A stretch of DNA of 64,000 bases from an uncultured Candidatus Rokubacteria bacterium (GTDB lineage: Bacteria; Methylomirabilota; Methylomirabilia; Rokubacteriales; CSP1-6), in assembly GCA_963758635.1 (NCBI GenBank), contig CAVWWD010000003.1, positions 608,001 to 672,000 of the forward strand, written 5' to 3'. Below, one piece after another: positions 53,916 to 64,000 of the stretch. The notes under the pieces are model-generated. The model made no database searches and had not been told where the DNA came from. It saw nothing but the letters and a program-made list of their open reading frames with translations. Every line of letters begins with the position of its first letter. The first letter of the stretch is position 1. Made by a program: the position numbers and the translations under genes.

Positions 53916-53990
53916 GTGACTCGCTCTCCCTTGCTCGTGGATTCGGCTGGCGGATCGCCGCCGTCGCGGGCGGGCAAGGCGCGTCGACGC

Positions 53991-55790
53991 TCACCCCCAG
54001 GAGACGGGATCCACTTCTACTTCTACCACACCGGTGCGGCGGCGTCTCCGCTCGCGCAGGGAGCGGAGGGGCTCGGCGATCAGCGCGGGGAGGTCGGGCG
54101 GGCCCTTGATCGTCACGCTCCACCGTGGCCGGTGCGCGGCGGGGGCGCCGCGCCGGATCGGCGGGTACACGTCGAGCCCGGCGACGCCGCGGAGCGCGGC
54201 CACGCAGTCAACGACCAGCGCGCGCGCGGCCGCGTCCTCCGCGCCGGACACCGTCACCAGGCAGAGCCGCCGGTACGGCGGATACCCCAGCTCGGCGCGG
54301 AAGCCGAGCTCGGGCCCGTAGAACTCGTCGTGCTCGTGCCGGACGACCGCCCGCACCGCGTAGTGATCCGGGTGCAGCGTCTGCACGATCACCCGGCCGT
54401 CGGCGCGGACGGCCTCGGCCGCCGCCCACAGGCCCTGGAAGGCGCGCTCGCCGGCCCGGAAGTCGGGCTGACGCAGCAGCGAGTCGAGGGCCACGAACGC
54501 GGCGGCGCCGAGGCTCTGGCGCGGGAGCCCGCGCAGGAGCGCCGCCGTGCCGATGAGCACGGTCGCCCGGGCCGTGCCCTCCGCCGACCGCGGGCGGCCC
54601 CCGGCCCGCGCCACCGAGACGCCCGGGAAGCGCTTCCGCAGGGCCGCCTCGACCCGCTCGGCGCTCCAGCCCAGGGTCGAGAGGCGATGCCCCCCGCACT
54701 CCGCGCAGACGTCGGGCAGCGGGTCATGGCGGCCGCACAGCCGGCAGTCGAGGGACCGCGTGGCACGCGATGCGCCCTGCGCGACGCCGCAGTCGGGGCA
54801 GCGGACGATCGCGCCGCAGTCGTCGCAGCCCAGCGCGGCGCTGTCCCGGGCCAGGATCAAGGCGATCTGCCCCGCCCCACGTGCCGCGGCCTCGATCGCG
54901 CGGGTGAGCGGCAACGTGAGCGGATGATTGCGCAGGATGCCGCGCGTGTCGGCGGTGACGATGACGGGCCACGCCGAGGCCGGCGCCCGCGGCATGAGGA
55001 GGCGTCCCGCCCGTGCCCGCTCCCAGCTCTCCACGGACGGCGTCGCGGACAGGAGCAGCAGCCGCGCCCCCTCCCGGTGCGCGCGCTCGACGATGATGTC
55101 GCGCGAGTGCAGGCGCGGCGCCCCGGGCGGCTTGTGGGCGGGGTCGTGCTCATCGACCAGGGCCAGCGTGGCGGGCGGGGGCAGCGGAGCGAGGAGAGCG
55201 GACCGCGTGCCCACGACGACGCGTGGCCGCCCGCGGGCGGCGCCGAACCACGCGGCGCGCCGCGCCTCGTCGGGCGCCCCGCTGTCGAGCCGGGCGGCAT
55301 CGAGGCGCTGGGCCCACCGCGCGGAGATCTCCACGTCCGGCGCCACCACGAGCGCGGCGCCGTGCTCGCGCGCCAGGGTCTCCACGAGGCGCTCCTCGCG
55401 GCCGTCGTCGATCCAGAGCTCGGCCAGGGTGGCGTGAGCGCCTACCACGTCGGGCGGCGCGGCCACGGCCTCGACGCCCTGGCGCGCCGGCGGCGGGGAC
55501 AGCGCGGCCAGCGTCGAGCCGAGTGTCGAGAGGCTCTCCGAGGCGGCCCGGCGCGCCACATCGAGCATGGCGGGCGAGAAGACCGGCGCGCCGTCGACCG
55601 GGCCGAGCAGCGCGCGCAGGCCGTCGGGGCTGCGATCGCCCACGGCGACGACGACGCCGACCCGCGGCCGCCCCTGGAGCGGCGCGCGCACGCGCTGCCC
55701 CGGGGCCACGGCCACGCCGGGCGGGACCACGTAGCTGAAGGCGCGATCCAGCGGCAGGTCGAAGACAACGTCGGCGACGGGGGCGGTCAA
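53991..55790 (-). CDS. priA: Primosomal protein N' (PriA), apparently lacking Walker A; in frame with the upstream UDG in this assembly
   Basis: 3'-binding domain (FSY, GQRV.AP), VVGTRSA, SATPS, four CxxC, PDFRAGER, VIVQT, YPPY, DPV; no GxTGSGKT. Confidence 0.85.
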   Translation of the reverse strand: MTAPVADVVFDLPLDRAFSYVVPPGVAVAPGQRVRAPLQGRPRVGVVVAVGDRSPDGLRALLGPVDGAPVFSPAMLDVARRAASESLSTLGSTLAALSPPPARQGVEAVAAPPDVVGAHATLAELWIDDGREERLVETLAREHGAALVVAPDVEISARWAQRLDAARLDSGAPDEARRAAWFGAARGRPRVVVGTRSALLAPLPPPATLALVDEHDPAHKPPGAPRLHSRDIIVERAHREGARLLLLSATPSVESWERARAGRLLMPRAPASAWPVIVTADTRGILRNHPLTLPLTRAIEAAARGAGQIALILARDSAALGCDDCGAIVRCPDCGVAQGASRATRSLDCRLCGRHDPLPDVCAECGGHRLSTLGWSAERVEAALRKRFPGVSVARAGGRPRSAEGTARATVLIGTAALLRGLPRQSLGAAAFVALDSLLRQPDFRAGERAFQGLWAAAEAVRADGRVIVQTLHPDHYAVRAVVRHEHDEFYGPELGFRAELGYPPYRRLCLVTVSGAEDAAARALVVDCVAALRGVAGLDVYPPIRRGAPAAHRPRWSVTIKGPPDLPALIAEPLRSLRERRRRRTGVVEVEVDPVSWG

Positions 55791-56501
55791 CCGCGGCTGG
55801 CCGGCGGTGAGGCGGTCGTACTCGCGGCGCGCGAGCTTCAGATCCTCCCAGGCCATGCGCCGGTACTCGTCTCCGGGGTTGCGCAGGAGGAAGGCGGGGT
55901 GGAACGTCGGCACCAGCACGCTCGATCGGTAGGGGTACGCGCGCCCGCGGATCTTCGTGATGCCCTCCTTCGTGCCGAGGAGGGTCTGGGCCGCGAAGTT
56001 GCCGAGGGCGAGGATGACCGCGGGCTTCACGGTGTCGATCTGCGCCATGAGGAACGGGTTGCACGCCGCCACCTCGTCGGGCTCCGGGTTCCGGTTCCGT
56101 TCCGGCCGGCACTTGACGACGTTGGCGATGTAGCAGTCGCGCTCACGATCGAATGCCACGCCCTTGGATTCGAGCATCTTGGTGAGGAGCTGGCCCGCCC
56201 GCCCGACGAACGGCTTGGCCTGCCGGTCTTCCTCCTCGCCCGGCCCTTCCCCGACGACCATGAGCTTGGCCGTGCCCGGGCCCGATCCGAAGGCGATCGT
56301 CGTGCGGCTCTTGCAGAGCTTGCAGCGCGTGCAGCCCTGGAGCGCCGCCTCCTGCCCGGCGAGCGCGTCGTCGGGGCCCGGGAAGGGATCGCCGGCGGCG
56401 AACGTCATGTCGGTGAAGCCGAGCGCGCGATGGTGCCGGAGGGTCTCGGCCAGGCCCCGGAGCGCGTCGGCCAGTGCGTGCGACGGAGAGCTGTCGAGCA
56501 T
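55787..56501 (-). CDS. udg: Family 4 uracil-DNA glycosylase (4Fe-4S)
   Basis: CTRCKLC, VGEGPG..ED, PFVGRAGQLL, NVVKCRP..NR.P, TFHPAFLLR, WEDL. Confidence 0.92.
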
Positions 56502-56514
56502 CGGCGCGCGGCAC

Positions 56515-57748
56515 TCAGCGCGCGGGGGTCGGGGCGGGGGCGGAGGCGCCGGCGCGGAGCGCGAGCACCCGGTCCAGGATCGCGTCGGCCACGGCGAGCT
56601 TCGGCATGCGCACGAGCTCGACGGCGCCGCCCCAGCGGTCGAGCAGCAGCACCTCGTTGTCGTCGGCGTCGAAGCCGATGCCGCGCTGGCTCACGTCGTT
56701 GGCGACCATGAGGTCGATGCCCTTGGCCGCCAGCTTCTGTGCGGCGTAGGCGCGCACCTCGTTGGTCTCGGCGGCGAAGCCCACGAGGAAGGCGCCGCCC
56801 TTCCGCCCCGCGACCTCCTTGAGGATGTCGGGGTTCGGGACCAGCTCGAGCGTGAGCCCCTCGTCCTTCTTGGATTTGATCTTGCTCCCGCTCGGATCCT
56901 TCACGCGGTAGTCGGCCACCGCCGCCGCCTTGACCACGATGGTGGTCCCGACCAGGTGATGCAGCACGGCGTCGCGCATGTCCTCGGCGGTCTGCACGGG
57001 GACGTAGATGGCGCCGGACGGCGGTGTGAGCGCGGTGGGCCCGGACACCAGGACGACCTCGGCACCCCGGCGCAGCGCGGCGGTGGCGACGGCGTGTCCC
57101 ATCTTCCCGGACGACCGGTTCGAGAGGTAGCGGACGGGATCGATGGGCTCGCGCGTGGGACCCGAGGTCACCAGGAGCCGCTCGCCCCCGAGGTCACGCC
57201 GCGCCGACGAGCGCGCGCTCGAGGGCCTCGAGGATGGCCTCCGCCTCGGGCAGGCGCCCCTTGCCCGTCAGCCCGGAGGCGAGCGGCCCCGCCTCCGGCT
57301 CGAGCACGGTGACGCCGCGCGCCCGGAGCGTGGCCACGTTGGCCACCACCGCGGGATGGTCCCACATGCCGCCGTCCATGGCCGGGGCCATCAGCACCGG
57401 GCACCGCGCGGCGAGCAGCAGCGTGGTCAGGAAATCGTCGGCCAGCCCGTGCGCGGCGCGGGCGAGCGCGTGCGCGGTGGCCGGCGCCACCAGCATGGCG
57501 TCGGCCCGCTCGGCCAGCGCCACGTGCTCCACCGCGTCGCCGCTCTGCGGGTCGAAGAGATCGGTGAGGACGGGCCGGCCGGAGAGCGTCCGCCAGGTCA
57601 GCGGGGCCACGAAGCGGTCGGCGTGCGTGGTGGTCACCACGGTCACGCGCGCGCCGGCCCGCGTGAGCTCCCGGAGCAGGTACGCCGCCTTGAACGCGGC
57701 GATGCTGCCCGTGACGCCCAGGATCAGCTCGCGGCCGGCCAGGGGCAT
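56515..57748 (-). CDS. coaBC: Phosphopantothenoylcysteine decarboxylase/synthetase; split by an apparent frameshift near 57195
   Basis: GVTGSIAAFK, VAPATA, APAM, G.GRL; then LVTSGPTREPIDPVRYLSNRSSGKMG, AAVADY, GFAAET, ANDV. Confidence 0.92.
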
Positions 57749-57760
57749 GACGGCGCCGGG

Positions 57761-57973
57761 TCAGGTGCGCGGGGCGTCCTCGTCCTTCACGCGGTAGCCG
57801 ACCTTGCCGTCGGCGATCTCCTCCAGCGACACGCTCGTGGGCTTCTTGTGCTTCGATTCGAGCTGGGGAGCGGCGCCGCGGTTGATCTGCCGCGCGCGCT
57901 TGGCCGCGAGGACGACGAGCAGGTAGCGGTTGGACACCTTCTCCAGCGACTTCTCCAGCGAGGGGAACGCCAT
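57761..57973 (-). CDS. rpoZ: RNA polymerase omega subunit
   Basis: NRYLLVVLAAKRARQI, KP....LEEI..GK; lies between gmk and coaBC. Confidence 0.94.
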   Translation of the reverse strand: MAFPSLEKSLEKVSNRYLLVVLAAKRARQINRGAAPQLESKHKKPTSVSLEEIADGKVGYRVKDEDAPRT

Positions 57974-58611
57974 CAGTCTGGGACCTCCAGGTCCGGGAAC
58001 TTGAGGGTCAGGCGGCTCGTCCGCCAGCGCTCGCCCTGGATGATCGTGGCGAGCCGCTCGACGGCCTCCTTCACGTCCCGGTTGATGATGAGGTAGTCGT
58101 ACTCGCGCCAGGAGGCCATCTCCTCGCGCGCGCGCGTCAGCCGGCGCGCGATGTCGTCGGGGGCATTCTGCCGGCGTTCGCGCAGCCGCGCCGCCAGCAC
58201 GGTGAGCGAGGGCGCCATGATGAACACGGTGACCGCCTCCGGGTACCGCGTGCGCAGGTGGCGGGCGCCCTGGGTGTCGATGTCGAGGAGCACGTCCTCG
58301 CCGCGGGCCAGCGCCGCCTCGAGCGGCCGGGCGGGCGTGCCGTAGAGGTGGCCGTGGACCACCGCCCACTCGGCGAACTCGTCGCGATCGCGCGTGGCCA
58401 CGAACTCCGCCTCGGTGATGAAGTGGAAGTCGACGCCGTTCGTCTCGCCGGCCCGGGGCGCGCGCGTGGTGCAGGAGACGGAGTAGAACAGGCTGGGCAC
58501 GAGCGTGCGGACCTCGTGGCAGAGCGTGGTCTTGCCCGCGCCCGACGGCGCCGACACCACGACCAGCGCGCCGCGCCTCCGGAGGAGCAGACCGTCCTTG
58601 CCGTCACCCAT
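57973..58611 (-). CDS. gmk: Guanylate kinase
   Basis: SAPSGAGKTT, TTRAPRAGE.NG..FHF, YGT, LDIDTQG, YDYLIIN. Confidence 0.96.
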   Translation of the reverse strand: MGDGKDGLLLRRRGALVVVSAPSGAGKTTLCHEVRTLVPSLFYSVSCTTRAPRAGETNGVDFHFITEAEFVATRDRDEFAEWAVVHGHLYGTPARPLEAALARGEDVLLDIDTQGARHLRTRYPEAVTVFIMAPSLTVLAARLRERRQNAPDDIARRLTRAREEMASWREYDYLIINRDVKEAVERLATIIQGERWRTSRLTLKFPDLEVPD

Positions 58612-58623
58612 CGTGCCGGGCCC

Positions 58624-59508
58624 TCATTCCAGGTTCTGCACCTGCTCGCGGAGCTTCTCGAGCGTGGACTTGGCCGCGATCACCGTCTGGGACAGCTCGA
58701 GGTCGTCGGCCTTCGAGCCCACCGTGTTGACCTCGCGGTTCATCTCCTGGATCAGGAAGTCGAGCGTCCGGCCCACGGTGCCGCCCTCCCGCATGAGCGT
58801 GGCGAACTGCTCGAGGTGCGCGGCCAGCCGGGTGAGCTCCTCGGCCACGTCGCTCTTGACTGCCCACGCGGCGATCTCCGTCGCCAGCCGCGCCTCGTCC
58901 ACCGGGGTCTCGCCGACCATGGCCTGGATGCGCTCGCGCACGCGGGCGGCTTGCCGCGCCGCCGCCTGGGGCACGCGCTCGGCCATGAAGCCGACCTGCG
59001 CGGCCAGCGTCTGCTGGAGCGCGCCCAGGTCCTTGGCGAGCGCCGCGCCTTCCGTCTCGCGGCGCGCCACCAGCTCGGAGAGGGCGCGGCCGAGCGCGTC
59101 GGCCAGCAGGCTCCATCCTTCCTCGGGCGCGGTGGCCGGCTCGGCCTCGCGTGAGAGCACGCCGGGCTGGCCGAGCACCCACTCGAGGCTCGCCGAGGCG
59201 GGCAGGGCGAGTGCCTCGGCCACCTGTGCGGCGAGGGCGGCGTACTCGCGCGCCTGCTGCAGGTTCGCCACCACCGGGGTTAACGTCCCGCCGCCGCCGC
59301 TGCCGAGCCGCACCGTCACCTCGACCCGGCCGCGCTGGAGCGCGGACTGGACCATGTGCCGGGCGTCCAGCTCGAAGGCGGACAGGAGCGTGGGCAGGCG
59401 GAGGGCGATATCCAGGCTCCGGTGGTTCAGCGACTTGCACTCGACCGAGACGGCAAGGCGGGCTCCCGATGCCTCGGCTCGGCCGTACCCCGTCATGCTA
59501 CGGATCAC
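58624..59508 (-). CDS. yicC: YicC/YloC-family endoribonuclease
   Basis: SMTGYG, SLNHR.LD, RGRV, D..EEL.RL..H, GR.LDFLIQEMNREVNT.GSK, REQVQNLE. Confidence 0.95.
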   Translation of the reverse strand: MIRSMTGYGRAEASGARLAVSVECKSLNHRSLDIALRLPTLLSAFELDARHMVQSALQRGRVEVTVRLGSGGGGTLTPVVANLQQAREYAALAAQVAEALALPASASLEWVLGQPGVLSREAEPATAPEEGWSLLADALGRALSELVARRETEGAALAKDLGALQQTLAAQVGFMAERVPQAAARQAARVRERIQAMVGETPVDEARLATEIAAWAVKSDVAEELTRLAAHLEQFATLMREGGTVGRTLDFLIQEMNREVNTVGSKADDLELSQTVIAAKSTLEKLREQVQNLE

Positions 59509-59561
59509 TGGAGGTCTCCGAGCGTCGAGGAATGGGAATGAACGGGTCCAACCACCATCGC

Positions 59562-59590
59562 ATGGTAGTGCAAAACGTCAGTCTCGTCAA
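59562..59590 (-). promoter_or_regulatory. Sigma70-type promoter for the yicC-gmk-rpoZ operon
   Basis: TTGACG-N17-TACCAT on the minus strand. Confidence 0.55.
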
Positions 59591-59736
59591 TATGTTCCGG
59601 CCAATTCCCCGTCCGGGAAGTCACGGACGGGATCTTCCTGGGCGGCCCCGTCGAGGGTGCCAGGCGGGCCGGAATCGGAGCAGTGTCGGGGGCTTGCCCG
59701 CCGCTGTCCCTGTCCGGCGGGGGACCTGGCCAGGGG

Positions 59737-60276
59737 TCAGGCGAACCTGGCGACGTAGGGGAGGTTTCGAAAGCGCTCGTCCGCGTCCAGCCCATAGCCC
59801 ACGACGAACACGTCCGGGATCTCGCGTCCGACGTAGTCCAGCGTCAGCTCCACGGGGCGGGGGCGCTGCTTCGCCAGGAACGCGCAGACCTTGAGCGAGG
59901 CGGGATGCCGCGTGTGGAAGTTCCGGAGGAGGTACGACAGGCTGAGGCCGCCGGCGCAGATGCCCTCGACCACGAGCACGTCCTTGCCCTCGATCGGCTC
60001 ATCGAGGTCCTTGCGGATGCGGACGACCCCCGACGCGCTGATCGTGGTCCCGTAGGGCACGATCGAGATGAAGTCCACGGTGACGGGGATCGTGAGGCTG
60101 CGCATCAGGTCGGCGACGAAGATGGCCGCGCCCTTGAGCACTCCGACCAGGTGCAGCGGCCGGCCCGCGTAGTCGCTCGAGATCTGGGCGCCGAGGCGCG
60201 CCACCTCCGCGCGGATGGCGTCCTCGTCGAGCACGACGGGGCCGAGGCCGTTCGTGGGCACGGACTCGGGTCTCAC
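59737..60276 (-). CDS. Hypoxanthine phosphoribosyltransferase-like protein with degenerate PRPP-binding motif
   Basis: [23 protein letters not shown]; but [12 protein letters not shown] in place of VEDIIDTGxTL. Confidence 0.85.
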   Translation of the reverse strand: MRPESVPTNGLGPVVLDEDAIRAEVARLGAQISSDYAGRPLHLVGVLKGAAIFVADLMRSLTIPVTVDFISIVPYGTTISASGVVRIRKDLDEPIEGKDVLVVEGICAGGLSLSYLLRNFHTRHPASLKVCAFLAKQRPRPVELTLDYVGREIPDVFVVGYGLDADERFRNLPYVARFA

Positions 60277-60887
60277 GCGAACCGGGTGGCCCTGACGAAG
60301 TCGCGCGCGTCTCCGAGGACGCCGCGGTCGACCGCGGCGTCCCGTTCGAGCTCGTCGAAGCACCGGGAGATGGTGAGGACGCTGTGGAGCGTGTAGCCCT
60401 TGGCGGCGAGCCGCTCGGCGCCGCCCTGCTCGCGGTCGATCAGGATCACGAGGTCCTTCACGACCAGGCCCGCCTCCTCCAGGGGCTGGATCGCCTCGAA
60501 CTTGCTCGCCCCGTCCGTGACGATGTCGTCGATCACCACCACCTGCTCGCCCGGCTCGAAGTGCCCCTCGATGCGCCGCCGCATCCCGTAGGCCTTCTCC
60601 TCGCGGCGGGGATAGACCAGGGGAAATCCGCCGGCGAGGCTCGTCGCCACGGCCAGCGGCAGCCCCGCGTAGGGGATGCCGGCGATGCGATCGACGCGGC
60701 AGCGCCGGACCAGCTCCGCCATGCGCCGGCCGATGCTCGCGAGGACGTCGGGATGCGAGATCACCACGCGCAGGTCGATGTAGAACGGCGAGACCACGCC
60801 CGACTTCAGCGTGAACCGGCCGAACCGAAGGGCCCCGATCTCGTGCAGGCGCCGGATGAGTGACGCGTCGGTGGCGATCTCGGTCAC
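60273..60887 (-). CDS. pyrE: Orotate phosphoribosyltransferase
   Basis: [35 protein letters not shown]. Confidence 0.93.
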   Translation of the reverse strand: MTEIATDASLIRRLHEIGALRFGRFTLKSGVVSPFYIDLRVVISHPDVLASIGRRMAELVRRCRVDRIAGIPYAGLPLAVATSLAGGFPLVYPRREEKAYGMRRRIEGHFEPGEQVVVIDDIVTDGASKFEAIQPLEEAGLVVKDLVILIDREQGGAERLAAKGYTLHSVLTISRCFDELERDAAVDRGVLGDARDFVRATRFA

Positions 60888-60984
60888 GATGCGATGTCCT
60901 CGATCAGATTGTCGCGCAACGCGGACCTTGCCTCACCGCGCGGGCCAACGCCGCGATTCTGCGTTCGCATGCGATGCCGTCTCG

Positions 60985-61696
60985 TCACTGGTTCATCTCC
61001 TCCAGGAGGGTGAGGGCAGCGCGGGCCGGATCGGGCGCGGCCACGATGGGCCGCCCGACGACGATGTAGCGAGCCCCGGCCTGGATCGCCGCGGCCGGGG
61101 TGGCGGTGCGCGCCTGGTCGCCGGCGTCGCTGCCGGCCGGGCGCACGCCCGGCGTCACGATCGTCCAGGCCGCGCCGAGCTGGCGGCGGATCGGCGCGAC
61201 CTCCCGTGGCGAGGCCACGCAGCCGTCGAGCCCGCTCTCCCTGGCGAGCCGGCTCAGGTGGAGCACGTGGCCCTCCACCGAGCTGGCCACGCCCAGCTCC
61301 TCGTGGAGCTCGCGGCGACCGAGGCTGGTGAGCACGCTCACCGCCACGACGAGCGGGCGCCGGAGGCCGAGGTCACGCGCGGCGCCCGCCGCGCCCTCCG
61401 CGGCCGCGCGCATCATGGCGCGCCCGCCCGAGGCGTGCACCGTGAACATGAACACGCCGAGCCGGGTGGCCTCGCGGGCCGCGCCGATCACGGTGTTGGG
61501 GATGTCGTGGAACTTGAGGTCGAGGAACACCTCGACGCCGCGCTTGAGGGCCACGTCCACCGCGGCGGGGCCCGCGGCCGCGGAGAGCTGCGAGCCGATC
61601 TTCACCCGGCTGACCACGCCGTGCAGCCGGTCGAGGAGCGCGGCGGCTTCCTCGAGCGTCGGCACGTCGAGGGCCACGATGAGCCGATCGCGGGCC

Positions 61697-61710
<14 letters not shown>
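60985..61710 (-). CDS. pyrF: Orotidine-5'-phosphate decarboxylase
   Basis: IVALD, FLDLKFHDIPNTV, VTPGVRP, DQ.R..TP, VVGRPI. Confidence 0.96.

Positions 61711-64000
<2,290 letters not shown>

Noticed and set aside
53409..56711. Long opposite-strand or alternative-frame ORFs (e.g. 1100 aa here, 963 aa at 61100, 676 aa at 3, 756 aa at 34816)
   Set aside because: They are shadows of well-supported genes in GC-rich DNA: Arg/Gly/Ala-rich with no motifs
56515..57748. Naturally split coaC and coaB genes
   Set aside because: The conserved DLxGxRLLVTSGPT linker continues across a one-base shift near 57195, which fits an indel error better

Overview
A very GC-rich bacterial chromosomal segment (roughly 70% GC by eye). 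The gene content and style would fit Rokubacteria/Methylomirabilota, but that is inference. In order the window holds: (1) the N-terminus of a TPR gene; (2) a five-gene partner-switching module (STAS, ferric-reductase-like flavoprotein, RsbW-type kinase, solute-binding protein, HAMP-PP2C phosphatase); (3) aroB and a large type IVa pilus locus (pilMNOPQ, three minor pilins, pilD, a TMTC-like GT-C/TPR glycosyltransferase, pilA with a sigma54 promoter, pilC-pilT-pilB) led by mazG and a macro-domain gene; (4) an hsp20-dnaK-dnaJ-like-hspR-lon operon with HAIR-like operators; (5) accessory genes (lytic transglycosylase, cysteine hydrolases, a formyl-THF hydrolase-like gene, comM, a Spy-like protein, a Liv-type ABC transporter, class III aminotransferase, DinB, DapA-like aldolase); (6) core genes (yraN, rnhB, rplS, trmD, rimM, rpsP, ffh, rpe, rsmB, fmt, def, priA, udg, coaBC, rpoZ, gmk, yicC, hpt-like, pyrE, pyrF, partial carB) with an orphan MbtH gene embedded among them. 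Non-coding features include four copies of an ~86-bp structured repeat at gene 3' ends and three tandem arrays (13, 63 and ~103 bp units). Many single-base frameshifts, several in G/C runs, suggest long-read assembly errors. I recognised no rRNA, tRNA, CRISPR array, transposase or integrase. All calls come from motif recognition; no searches were run.
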